A DNA stretch of 49,392 nucleotides, taken from assembly GCA_012862495.1 (NCBI GenBank), contig BLSG01000196.1:1-49392 (forward strand). Direction: 5' to 3'. The position numbers and the translations under genes were made by a program. The notes under the pieces are model-generated. The model did not search any database and had not been told where the DNA came from. It saw only the letters and a program-made list of their open reading frames with translations. This document shows, piece after piece, positions 10,410 to 22,170 of the stretch (its first letter is position 1; each line of letters opens with the position of its first letter). The stretch comes from Thraustochytrium aureum (taxonomy: Eukaryota).

Positions 10410-13400
10410 CTAGTCGGCGTCTTCTGAAGGGGAGCGCCGCAGGGCCAGGGACAACTCGAGATCGTCCAGCGCCTCGCCAGGCCCTGCGCGCCGCCGGCAA
10501 CGCTTGCTGGCGCCCAGAAAAGCGCGCAGAGCGTCACGTTCGCCGAGATGCACAAGGTTCTCGAGCGCCCGAGACTGCCGACGTGTCCAACCCCGCGAAC
10601 CATTAAACAGCCGCGCGAGCTGCAGGGCCGCGTCGTCTTGGCCGCCCTCCTCCTGCGCCGCTCGATGAACCCAGACAATGCGGGCCAGCGCGCCTCCAAG
10701 CCCGCATCGCAATGCAGACCAGCGGACAGCGGCAGCCTCCTCGAGGGTCAAGATCACAAGCTGGCGGGTCCCGACAGGACGCAAACCGACCTCCACATTG
10801 GAAATGCGCGAGTTCACCCCGGCGCGCCTCGGAGTGTGGTTTGTGGAGAGCACGACATCACGCGCAACCTTGATCGCCCCTCTCGGCATCCCGACGGCCC
10901 CAACCCCTGTCTCCCCGTGAAAGGAAACGTCCTCTAAGACCACAAACGCATCCCCATGTCCTACAGAACCGAGCCGCCACTCCAGCTTGCCGTCGGGCCG
11001 ACCCTGCCAGGCCCGCGGCTGCGAATCGGTCATTTGCGACATCGACTCGACCTGCTGCTCCTTCTCGCGCTCCTGCTGCTGCTCTGCATCGAGCGCGCGG
11101 CCGCGAGCCGCTCTACCCTGCTCGCGCTCCTGCTGTTGCTCGGCATCCATGCGGCGCGCGAAGGATCGCAGCCGCGCCACAGCTACGCGAATTACAATGT
11201 GGCGGCGACGGGGAGGCGCAGCTCTCGGCTCAGCAGCTCGAAGAGTTGCGGCGAGCGCTTGCCTATCCGTCACGAAGGAGGCAAAGCGCTCTGCGTCTGT
11301 GGCCAAGGGAACCGCCGCCGCGACCTCGTCGAGGTCAAAAGAGACCCGGGCCTCAAACACCGCTGCGGCGTCCGGCCTCGGCTCGCTCATCGCTCGGCGT
11401 AGCGCGCTGAGGGCCCCACTTCGCCACACTGCGCTGACGTGGTTGCGGAGCACCTGCGATTCTTGGCTCGCGAGGTCGCGGAGGCCTGCGAGCTGGAGCC
11501 AGCACGCAACCTGATGCTGCGGCGAGAGGGCCGCGCGAAGCTCTGCCGACAGCTGGGTCTCGATAAGCTGCGAGACGGACCCGGGCATGAGCAACACGAT
11601 GGACTGGCCCTTGCCGAGGCGCCGCATCCGCCACGCGCCCTGGCAATAGTCGCGAAACGTCATGTCTTTGCCGAGGGTCACGGCGGCCCGGCCATGCGCA
11701 GGCTGCGGGATATCCATGCCCGTCGTGTGCATTTGATCAAAGTAGGTGAACCGCTCGCCCAGGCCAAGCGCAGATGCCCCAAGCGGCACGGCGAAGAAAG
11801 TGGACGGGTCGTGGGGCCGCGCCGCGTCGCCGCGCACGAGGACCATCTTGCTGTCATCCGCGTCGAGGTACACGCAGCCCGCCTTGCCCTCCAGACCAAG
11901 GCACAGCAGCAGTGAGGCAACCTCCTTGTTGGACATGCCCGTCACCAGCGCGCCAGTGTCGATGAGCGCGCAGAGAGACGCGTTTTGCGCAGCGCTCCGC
12001 ACGACGTCTATCGGGGCCCAGTCGCGTCGGAGTGGCGGCCCAATCTCCACGCATGCCGCATCCGTGAGCGTGGCTGCAAAGCGGCCTTCGGTTCCTGGCT
12101 CCCATTGGCACTCGCCGAGCGACCTCGGCAGGGCCGAGCTTGGCGTGCCGGAGAATCCGCGTGTTGCAGCCATTGCAAGGACCACTTCCTCGCCAGTGGC
12201 AACCAGTTTATGGGTGCGGTGCTGCAGGCTTGCCGGGAATGCAATACGGTCCAAAAACATCTCTTGAGCAAAGACGCCCTTGCGGATTCGCCGCCACAGG
12301 TTGTCGAGCTGCACTGGGTCGTCGGCCTGAAATAGGTGAAGCGGGAGCACCGGGTCGCAGGCACTTGCCTCATCCGGGACTTGCTCGACCGCCTTGGCAA
12401 AAGCTATCGAGGCCGGTCTGTCTTGGATCCTCCCCCCTTGGCCTCGCATCTCGCTCTTGAGGAGCTCTACGAGCTCACGCACATCGAATCGGCGCAACCC
12501 GCTGTGACGATACGCAAGCAAAGTCAGGGTAATCAGAACGTCAGGGTGGGAAAACTCTGAAGCGCGTGCTGGGGTCCCCTTGCCTACAAACGGAACGCTC
12601 ATGTACCTCCGCGTGGCGCTGGTGTCTGGCTCCTCAATTGCGACGAGACCATGGGTCACCGACTCGACCTTGAGAAGGCAGTGAGGCACAACTACGTTCA
12701 GGTATGCGGCAGCGAGGTCGACGAGACCAAGGCTCGAAGACGGGAGTTGGTCGAGCGAGCGAGCAAGCGCGCGGCGCCGCTCCGGGTCGCGCTCTGCGAT
12801 GACCTCGGATAGGGCGGCCAGCTCGGCGTCGTTGACCTCTTCCTTAGCTTCTTCCTGCGCGGTCTCAAGAGTGCCAGCGGCGCGAACACGACCAGGCTTA
12901 GCGCGCTTGGGAAATTGCGCCTTGGGCTTCTTGAACCAGGACGGCAAACCCCGAGCGCGAACCGGAAGACGCCCCTGGCCATCGAAGCTCGCCACGGTAT
13001 CTCGCGCAAACAGGCGAAGCGTTTCGACGGCAAACCATCGAGCTGGCCCTCCAAGCTCGATCCGAACGCAGTTTATCCCGTCAAAGTCTCCGACCACGTG
13101 GAGCCGCTTGGAAACGCACTCTCCGGCTCTCGCGGCCTCCCGAAACGTCTTCCCGTTGTCAGCGGAGGCCATGATAGTGATCGAGCTCGGAAGCATCGAC
13201 AGGCCCGACCTGGCAGGAAAGGCCGAAAACTGCCGGAACGCGACGTCCACGGCGCCGAGCGCGATCGGCGGCTCCAGGCGGACGTCGAGATGGGCCCGAC
13301 CTGGGTGCTCTTTCGAGCACCAGAAGGAGGCGTCGTCGGCCAGGGCGCGCCCAGGGCTGTATTCATCGGAGAGCACCGAGTCGCTCGTGCATCCCGCCGG

Positions 13401-16400
13401 CTCTGCCGGCAAGAGCCAAGCGTCGGGAGACGCAAGAACTGTGCGAAGCCAACGCGCCACCACACTGGCGAGCGGCGCTCGCATTGCCTCAAAGTAATAG
13501 GCTGGGTCCACGAGCGTTACATGCGGGGTTGCCTGCAGCTTGTCCTTGCGAAGGCCGGTGTGGACGACGCCCGAAAGCGGCCCGTCTTGGTCGAACACGG
13601 CGCCCAGGATCGCTCTTGCAATTCCAACTCGCCACTCTCGCTGAGCAAGCGCACGTCGCGGACCAGTAGGAAAGTTGAGCTCTGAGCGAAGCGGGTGAAG
13701 CAGAACGTCGCACTCGTCGAGGAGGAGACGGCCGCCGGCAAGCTCGTCTAAGACCTCGCGCAAGGCTGTGCGCTGCGCCGGCGCTTCGTCCTGGCCTTGA
13801 TTCAGCTCGACATACTTGAGCACGAGTGCCTTGATGCTCGCAGCGTGATCAAGACCACGTCGCCGGCGCGGCGAGCGTCGCGTAGGGACTGGACCAGCCT
13901 CGCCGCAACCGCGTCGCCGTTCGAGCCGTGGAGCGAATGCCGGGAGAATTGAACGCGGACAACGCGCTTTCCATATGGAAGGGACAGGGCGCGGCTGAGG
14001 AATGCCTCGCTCATCTCCAGCAGGGGCTCTGGCACAGCCACGACGGCAAGGTAGCCTTTCGTGGTGAGAGCGAGGGAGAGCAGAGGCAGCACGGTCGAGC
14101 TCTTGCCCTCGCCCATGCGCATTTGCCGGCAACCCGAAACGGCCCTCGCCGCGCTGGCTTCTTCACTTCGGAGGAGCTCCACTTGGGATCGGCGGAGCAA
14201 GTAGCCAGAGTCTAGCTCAAAGACAAGCCACCGCGGATCCAGGTGGTGCTCGCGCTGCTTGCAAATCAATTCCGCGGCCAGCTCGCGCTGTGCTTCTTCG
14301 TGGCCGGGGTCGCTCGTTTCGGCGAGCTCTGCGAGGGCTTGACGGACTGCAGCGCGCGCCTGCTCTGTACAGCAGAGCAGCGCGAGGTCCCGAACACGAT
14401 AGAGGTCGATACCCAGCGCCTGGCACCGCTGGCGCGCGCTGACCGACATGAACAAGCGCAGCATGTCACGCAAGGAAAAGGTCGGCGCGCGCCGAGCAGT
14501 ACGCTCCACCCAACCGAAAGCACCGGCCGCATTCTCGAGCACTTGCTTTGTAGATGTGGCAATTCGCGACTGGCCCATTGTGGCCTCGATTCGTATTGCC
14601 TCGAGCGTGCGCAAAACCTCGGCCTTTTCGCAAACAACTCGTGCAGGCCCGCCGTTCTCCTGGCTCGCCTGCGCGGCGAAAACCTCGGCATCCCGCTCAA
14701 GGCGATCGACCGCGCGAGAGCGCGACGCAAAGCCGGGGACGCTCTCGTTTTCCTCGAGGACTCGGTACATGGCCCTGTCCTGCGGCGTCAATTCCCTGCC
14801 CCCCTGCTTTCCAGCGTCGCGCAAGCGCTCAAAGTCACGCGCGACAAGCGCAAACGCGGCAGAGTGCAGCAGTAGGGGCTCCCGCGCCGTGTCTTGCTCG
14901 ATCTCGATTTGCGTGGCGTCAGCTTCCACGTGAAACCACTCCAGGTGCGGCTCCCAGAGGCGCAGGCGGTCGTTCGCGAGGTGGACGTGAGCCAGGTCAA
15001 CCTTGCTCGCCGCCCCCACCGCTGCACCACTGGCGAGGACACGAGCGTCTCCATGAGCTGCCGCAAGAACAAGAGCCGCTCTGTCGGACGGGCCCCTGCG
15101 TGCGGGAGCCGGCCAAGCCCGGCCAAATGCGTGTTTGTCGTCAACAGCGCCAACAGGTTGAACGTCGTGGACTCGAACATTTTGGAGCCCTGCACAGGCT
15201 GCTTGACCAGGTAAAGCCGCGTCGCGACAAGCTCTGCAAGAGCCAAACCGAGGCCATCCCCGCGCCTCGCGTCCCCAACCAGGCTCAGCAAGGACCGGAT
15301 GACAAGCTCGGGGCTCGCACCTGAAAGCGCCGTTTCGACAAACTCGTTGACGCCGTCGCACGTGAGCGGCCCAGCCTCGAACGGCTTGCCGAGGGTGAAG
15401 GACGGGAGCTGGGCCGACTTTGCCCACTCGCCAAAGTCCTCGAGCGCGTCCAGCATCCACTGGGTCGCGTTCGCCTTGAGGCGGTGCCAGCCGCCACCTC
15501 CGTGCAGCGGCACCAAGTCTGGGGCACGCTGCTCCCGATCGCCGCGGCACTGCCGCAGCCACATCAGCACGAGCTCCATGCTGACATCCGAGCTCCGGTC
15601 TGCGTCGCCGCTTGTTGAGGCGCACATCCGATTCGCCTTGAGGCGCGGCCTGCCTGCAGCTGCCGCGGCTCGGAGGACCCGCTCAAGGGCAGCAGGCCCT
15701 AACCTGACGCCCCAGGCCACGTGTGACATGCAGCGCAGGTACCGGAGGGCCTCTCGAAACACATTGACGCCCTTTGGTGGAGCCACTTCGCTTCGGAGAA
15801 GCGTCGCCTCGATCAGGGCAAGGCGAACGGCAACGGCATCAGGGTGCGCGTCCTCCGCAAGCGTTGACAAGAGCTCCATCGCGATGCCCTCCGATGAGCT
15901 CAGGGGCTGGTCAGTAGCGGCCGCGCTCACCAAGGCAGCTGCGCCAGCATAGTCTCGGCCTTGCAACTTGGCGAGAAGCAGGGTAAGCGCGCCGAGCCGA
16001 TCGCGGGGTTGTAGCCAGGACGCGGTGGAGTCCATTCCAGCTACGACAAAACCTTCGTCAAACCTGGGCACGAGGACAAACTGGCGGTCCGCCGTGTCGT
16101 GCAGCACAACAAACCGGTCCAGGCCGGCGAGGCACGGCGGGAACGCCGTTCGAGCTCGCAGTGCGGCATCCGCGTCCGGATCGAACGCGAGATCGGGATT
16201 GTCTTCGAGCGCATAGCGCGAACCAGTCTTGTCTGGGACGAGTCTCAGGCCCAGTCCCGCAAGCTCAATACAGGCGATCTCTGCATCCAGCGGGTCGCGC
16301 CAGAACCAGAGGTGCGAAGCCCTTTCGACGCGCGAGAGCGGGCCGCGCAGAGCTTCAGGCGGCCGGAGCTCGAGCTGTAGCCCGCCGCGCCGAATTGATC

Positions 16401-19400
16401 CATCTTCGGACGATACGTACAGAGTTTCACGGGTTTTGCTGCGGCCCTCGATTTCCCCGGAAGCGGGGTCGAGCCAGAAGACGCGGCCCTCCAGAAGGCC
16501 AGCCGGAAGATGTCCCACTAGGAGGGCTGCCGGCACATACGCGAGGACGCGCTCGCCGTCGTGCAGCGCGGCCGCCACGCACCCAATCAGACTCGGCTCG
16601 CTGCTCTGGCCAAACAGCGAGGCATGCGCAAGCGAGGAGAAACCTGCGCAAAGGGCCGCGCTTCCCCTGAGCCGCCACCAAACCTCTGCGTGCCAGGGAC
16701 CCTCGACAAGGCTGGCGGCTCGCCAAGGCTCGTTGCTCGCAGAACGTGCTTCAAGACCGTCCTGGGCCTCCCTAGTCTCCAACAGCTTCGAGCTCGTTGC
16801 GACGTTCCGAGACGGGAGGCCACCTTTGTCGCCGTCGCCTTCGCCGTCAGAAACGACAGCTTCGAACAGGGGCGTGCCATGGAGCGTGATCTGCAGGAGC
16901 CCGGGGCTCCTCGGAGCCACCGAGAGATACTTCAGCTGAGCATCTCGCGCCGGGACAGAGCTGCGCGACGCGGTCGGCAGGGGTCAGAACAACTGCGAGG
17001 CTGTCGCCGTCCGCGAGCGACGGGAACGTTTGGCTCACGATTCGGAGAACGTCGGGCTCGACCTGAAGTGACGGGGGTAACTCGCGCGTGGTTGCGACCC
17101 CCGAAACGCGAACGGCTCCTGTGAGGGTATCAAAAGCAATCCGGTCGCAGCGCCATTCGTGCCCTGCACGAGTCCAAACGGACCGGCGTGGAACTGTGCG
17201 CACTCTGCTGACGATTCTACAGAGAGCTGCGTCGTCCAGGCATGCTGCAGACAAGTGGTTGTCGTGCATGGCCAGGACAGAGCAGACCTTGTGCTCGTCA
17301 ACGCCGTTGTGGGCCGCGAGCGCTGCCCACGCGAGCAGCTCCTCGGCCGCATTAGTGACGCTCGAGGCCTCGGCGCCGCGGTATACCACAACACAGGCCC
17401 CGGGCCGGTCGTTGGCGTCCAAAAAGGCGGNNNNNNNNNNNNNNNNNNNNNNNNNNNNNNNNNNNNNNNNNNNNNNNNNNNNNNNNNNNNNNNNNNNNNN
17501 NNNNNNNNNNNNNNNNNNNNNNNNNNNNNNNNNNNNNNNNNNNNNNNNNNNNNNNNNNNNNNNNNNNNNNNNNNNNNNNNNNNNNNNNNNNNNNNNNNNN
17601 NNNNNNNNNNNNNNNNNNNNNNNNNNNNNNNNNNNNNNNNNNNNNNNNNNNNNNNNNNNNNNNNNNNNNNNNNNNNNNNNNNNNNNNNNNNNNNNNNNNN
17701 NNNNNNNNNNNNNNNNAGGATTTCAGTGAAGAGGGCCAGCGTGCAGCTTTCTGGGTTCGCCAGCTCCTCCTCCAGCAAGGACGCCGCTCGGCCCACGTGT
17801 CGCGGTGCGTTGGAGGGGCACACGGCGCTCTCAAGGTCGTCGGGGTCGGATGCGGCTGTGTCCAGGTCTATGGTGTGCGGCTCAAGTAGCGCTGCACGAA
17901 GCACGCCGCGCAGCGTCGAGTTGAACAGCAGCGACGTGCGGCCGTCTTCCGAAAAGAAGGAGAGCAGGCCAGGGATGCGAACGTATGGCTCAGTGAGGAG
18001 CGTGAGGACCCGCTCGGCCTCGTCTTCGCCGGCGTAGCCATCAAACGTGCCAAGTTGAGCCGCGTAGAGTATCCCCTCCTCCGAAGCCCTGCTGGTAAGC
18101 GCGGCGTGCCCGTGTAGGTAGTGGAGCGGGTCGGCCTTGCTGAGGAAGCGGCGGCGCGCCACCGCAGAGTCGTGGAATACGTCTTCCCCGGCCATGAACA
18201 CCCGCGTGGTGATCTCCGTGTCGCCAGCGGCAGTTTCAATCGAGTACTCGAGCAGGACGTCGTCAAGCGGGCCCTTGGCGGGGGCCCAACCCACTTTGAA
18301 GAGGACGGCGAGGTCCCTGAGCAGAGCAAAGACAGGGGCTTTGCGCATCGAGCCCGAGAAACACTTTGCGCACTTTACTGCAGAGGCCGGGTCTTTGCCC
18401 ATGAGTTTGCATGCGATGCGGAGGGTCTCCTCTGGCTCCCGCCTGCGTGCACCTAGCTTGCTGTAGTCCCAGAGCACGCGCGCGCCTCGCTTCGCCGGAG
18501 CACACAGGTACTTTACTGCCTCGAAGCGCGCGCGCGCGAGGTGCGGGCTCGTCTCGAGCCGGCCCGAGAGCTCGTTCAGGTCGCGGCCGCCCACGAGGTC
18601 CCCGCACGGCAGGAGCGGAGTGCCGCTGGAGGCCTCCGCCGCCAGGAGGATGGAGAGCGGGCAGGACCCAGCGGGGGCCGCGGCAATGGCGTTGCCCCAG
18701 CCGAACAGAGCCGCGAGGATTGCCAGACGGTCGCCAGCTGGGGCGAGGGTCTCGCTCATGCGCGAGCCGGCGACGACCACGCAGCGCGCGACATCTAGCA
18801 AGGCAGCCACGGCAGCTTGCTGCGGCCCTCCCTCCCCCACTCGCTTTGTGCGGCCCAAACGTGAGGGCTGTGTTCAAACCCCCCGCCGACGGCTTCGCTC
18901 ATAGGGCGAGAGCCACGCCAAACTCACCGGCGTCTACGCGTTTGCGGCACGACTTGGCCAGCGCCGAAAGGCGATCAGCGAAACCCAGCTCTCGGTCTCG
19001 CACGGCTGCCCAGCACCCGACCGCACCAGGCATGGGCTCGTCCTGCTCCGTCTTTGACCCGGGCGTTCTGCGGGCGCGCCTCAGCAGCTCCGCTGTTCCA
19101 CGCACGACAGGGTTACCTTCGAGCGCAGAGCTCACCGTTGCAACGCCAACGGGGCACGCCAGCGGTGCTGCTTGGGCGCTTTGACGCGCAGAGTCGCGCT
19201 CGAGTCGGGTCTTCTCTTCGGCAAGCGCTGAAAACTCGCGCGAAAGCGCGGCGGCTTCTCCGTCACGGTCGTTACAGCGGAGCGCCGCCCGCGCCAATTG
19301 CGCAGCAATGATCTCGAGCGTTTCGCTGGCCGGGGTGTTGTCATCGTCAAGCCGCAGAACCGCCTCGGCCACCCGACATCGGAGCTGCAACTTGACTTCG

Positions 19401-21312
19401 CGCCAGCGCTCGGTTTGCGCGCCGTCTGGTGTCGCGCTAGCAGCATACCGGAGCGCGAGAAGCGTCGATGCCACAAGCGAGCTCTGCGAGCGGCCTGCTT
19501 TGCTCCAGAACGGGGCGGCCTCGCCCTTGTAGACTTTGGCAGCAGCAACGTGGAGGGGCTGACCGCCGGCTAGAAACGGCAGGAGCACTTCGTAAATGAC
19601 TCGCACCGAGTTGAGCTTGGAGGGCGACGCTGCGAGCCGCACAGCCATGTTTGCCAACGTGGGATCCAAGAGCCTCTCGCGTGAGACGCCGTTGAGGGAG
19701 ACGGCGGGGCAGACGAGAAGGTCGCCCCCGTCTGGGTTGATCCGCATCGGGTGGTAGCTAGCCTGGTGCTTGTTGATAACCGTAACCCGAAACGTGCGAC
19801 GGGCGCCGGAGCTCTCTGGCTCCACGAGGAGCGAGACGACAGCTTGGTCGCTTTCCACGCTCCCAACGCACCACAGCGGCAGCAGCGCGCGCTGACCGGG
19901 ATTTTTGAGCGCAGCGAGTCGGCGCGAGAATTCGGTGGCCTGGGCGACGACGTCGCCTGCTCGCTCTTCCATCGCGTATAGGTAGCTGACGAAGAGTCGA
20001 CTAGTTTGCGGTCGCGGTCGGAGAGCGCGTCGCTGCCGAGCGCTACAAGGGTCTCAAGGTCGCCCGGGCCGCACAGCGGCAGCTCTGTCAGGTAAGGGTC
20101 GCAGAAGAGCGCGGCAACGAGAGCGGCGGAGGGAATCCCTGCACTGCCCGTGTGGGAACCGCGGCGCTGTGCGTCAGCCACTTGGTTTTCGCCGTCCACT
20201 TCATTTGCATACTCGAACAAGCGGAAAGCGGCGCGAAGGTCCACACCAAGTTCGAGCCTTGCAGCCTCGACCGCCTCTTCGGCGTCGCTCGATGCGCCCT
20301 TGTCGCTGCCCTGCAAGCCCAGTGCAGCTCGCATTTCTGCCACGGGCGGAAGTGGGTCAGCCTCGCCCTCCTCCTTGTCTTGCGCGCCCTCCAGGAGCGT
20401 GCCAGAGCGCTCCCACTCGCAGAAAGCTTCGATTTCGGCCTCTGGAACACCGCAACTGCGCATCCTCACGACGATGCCGTGCAGGGGCACGCCTCGCTCT
20501 TTCAGAATCGCGTACTGCCCGAACCTCTCCGCTGCGCTCAGCCCGCGGCCTGGCGAGCCTTGAGCCGCCTCGGAGTGAGCTGGCGGTGCCGCGGCAGCGA
20601 CGACAGGCCTAAAATCTTTGAGCGCCCCGTTCTGCAGCTTGGATGTCGCTCTGCTCGTCGTGCTCGCGTCCTGCCTCGCATCCCCGCTCGCGCCCGTGGC
20701 CTCCAAGTACCAAGCCCGAAACTGCTCCACGACGGCCTCCTCAACATTCGCCAATCGCATCTGCATCTCCACGCCGCTTAGCGGCACGCCGGCCTTGGCC
20801 ATCGCCACGAACCTCTGCACGTCACCCATCTCGAACGTCCCTTTGCGGAATCGCGTCGCAAGGCCGCTACTACCTGTGCCGCCGTCCTCGTCGGCCTTTA
20901 CGAGCTCGTGGAGGGCGTCAAAGCGCAGTTCACGCGAGCCAGCGCTCAGCCGCACGTATCGTTGCAGGCTTCAAAACGCAGGCGGCGCGCGGGTTGGCGC
21001 AGCGGCCGCGCGCGAGGCGGCCTGGGCGGATCGACGCCGTTCGGTGCCTCCAACTCGAGCAGCCCCTCCAGCAGAATCAGCGGCAGAAGCAGCAGGGGCA
21101 GCGGCAGAAGCAGCAGATGCAGCTGCAGAAGACGCGCAAAGCGGCGGCAGCGACGGGCCTGCGGCCGAGCGTCCTGGGTCGCCTTGCAAGCCGTCCGCTG
21201 CCGCGCGCGTTGGGTGTCTGTCTGCCTGCTCTCGCTGGAATCGTGGCACCGGAGAAACCTTTCTGTGCGGAACGGCATATTTATTTAGCGGACCGAATGG
21301 GTTCTGCAGCAC
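10410..21312 (-). CDS. Giant (~3,600 aa) DUF3638/DUF3645 P-loop SF2-ATPase-like protein, split into about 8 ORF pieces by apparent indels and one gap; start uncertain
   Basis: Abutting minus-strand ORFs. Motifs in order: DPRWLVFE..GYLLRRSQV, QMRMGEGKSSTVLPLL, LLLDECDVLLHPLRSELNFP, VPFVGKGTPARASEFSHPDV, GFSGTPS, IDTGALVTGMSN, YFDQMHTTGMDI, QGAWRMR, EQQQEREKEQQ. Confidence 0.8.
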
Positions 21313-21462
21313 GCCTATAAATAGGTGCGCATTGAGCGGTTTACCCTCTATTTTTTGGCCGGAGATACTGGAAAGAAACTCCGGTGCGTGGCGAAAGAGT
21401 TGGTGCGACCCTGTGGGCTGGACAGTGGAAAATGTCGCAATGGGCGCGGTCGGGGTCTCGAG

Positions 21463-22170
21463 CTAGGGCTGGCGAGCCTTGCCGATGAGCACGGCGGTGC
21501 GGTGCAGCGTTGGTTCGAGGGCCTCGTTGAGCATGAAGAGGCCCACGTCCGACTTGGCGATGTTGATGTCAAGCTGCACACCTTGCCCGCCCAGGTGCCA
21601 CTCTCCAGCGGGCTTCTCGTTCGGGTCGAGCCCCACCGGCCGCACGAGCAGGTAGTCCAAGCTGCTTGCGACCAGCGTGGCCTCGGCAGACTCGAGGTCG
21701 CGCCGCGCGCTCCGCAGGCAGGTCGCCAGCATGGCGTCGAAAAGGTACCCGGCCCAGTGGGGCTTCATCGTGGAGCCGCCCACCCCGACGGACGACATGG
21801 CCACGATCCGCGCAAGAGCGCCTCCACCACGGCTCGCGTTTTCCTCATCGATGGCAGCCGCAGGCCTCGTCGTGGTTCCCGCAGCCCATCGCTCAAAGCC
21901 AAACTGGCGGTTGCCGACGCACGACACCACCGCGTCTGCACCTCGCACAGCCTCGCGCAACGCAGTCGCGGAGTCCTTTTGGTCAAACTCCACGCAAAGT
22001 CGCTCGACCTTGGCCGCCTCTGGGAACTCGTCAAGAAGCGCCATCTCGCTCGCTTTCGCGACGGCCTTAACTCGCACGCCGCTGCGCTGGGCTGCGTGCG
22101 CCACAACGTGCCGCCCAACGTCGCCGAGCCCGCCTCGCTGGAAAACCACAACCAACACTTTGTCGCCCAT
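21463..22170 (-). CDS. NAD(P)-binding Rossmann protein, flavin reductase/BLVRB-like (atypical SDR)
   Basis: N-terminal VLVV...GGLGDVGRHVV, GADAVVSCVG, RIVAMSSVGVG, SSLDYLLVRPVGL, IAKSDVG. Confidence 0.85.
   Translation of the reverse strand: MGDKVLVVVFQRGGLGDVGRHVVAHAAQRSGVRVKAVAKASEMALLDEFPEAAKVERLCVEFDQKDSATALREAVRGADAVVSCVGNRQFGFERWAAGTTTRPAAAIDEENASRGGGALARIVAMSSVGVGGSTMKPHWAGYLFDAMLATCLRSARRDLESAEATLVASSLDYLLVRPVGLDPNEKPAGEWHLGGQGVQLDINIAKSDVGLFMLNEALEPTLHRTAVLIGKARQP

Noticed and set aside
11050..11150. Duplicated DAEQQQERE peptide in the giant protein as a separate repeat element
   Set aside because: An in-frame local duplication within the E/Q-rich tract that follows the helicase-like motifs, not an independent element.
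10410..21312. Giant gene as a pseudogene or mobile element
   Set aside because: Catalytic-type motifs are intact, the same kind of indel hits essential genes, and no transposase, RT, integrase or terminal repeats were seen.
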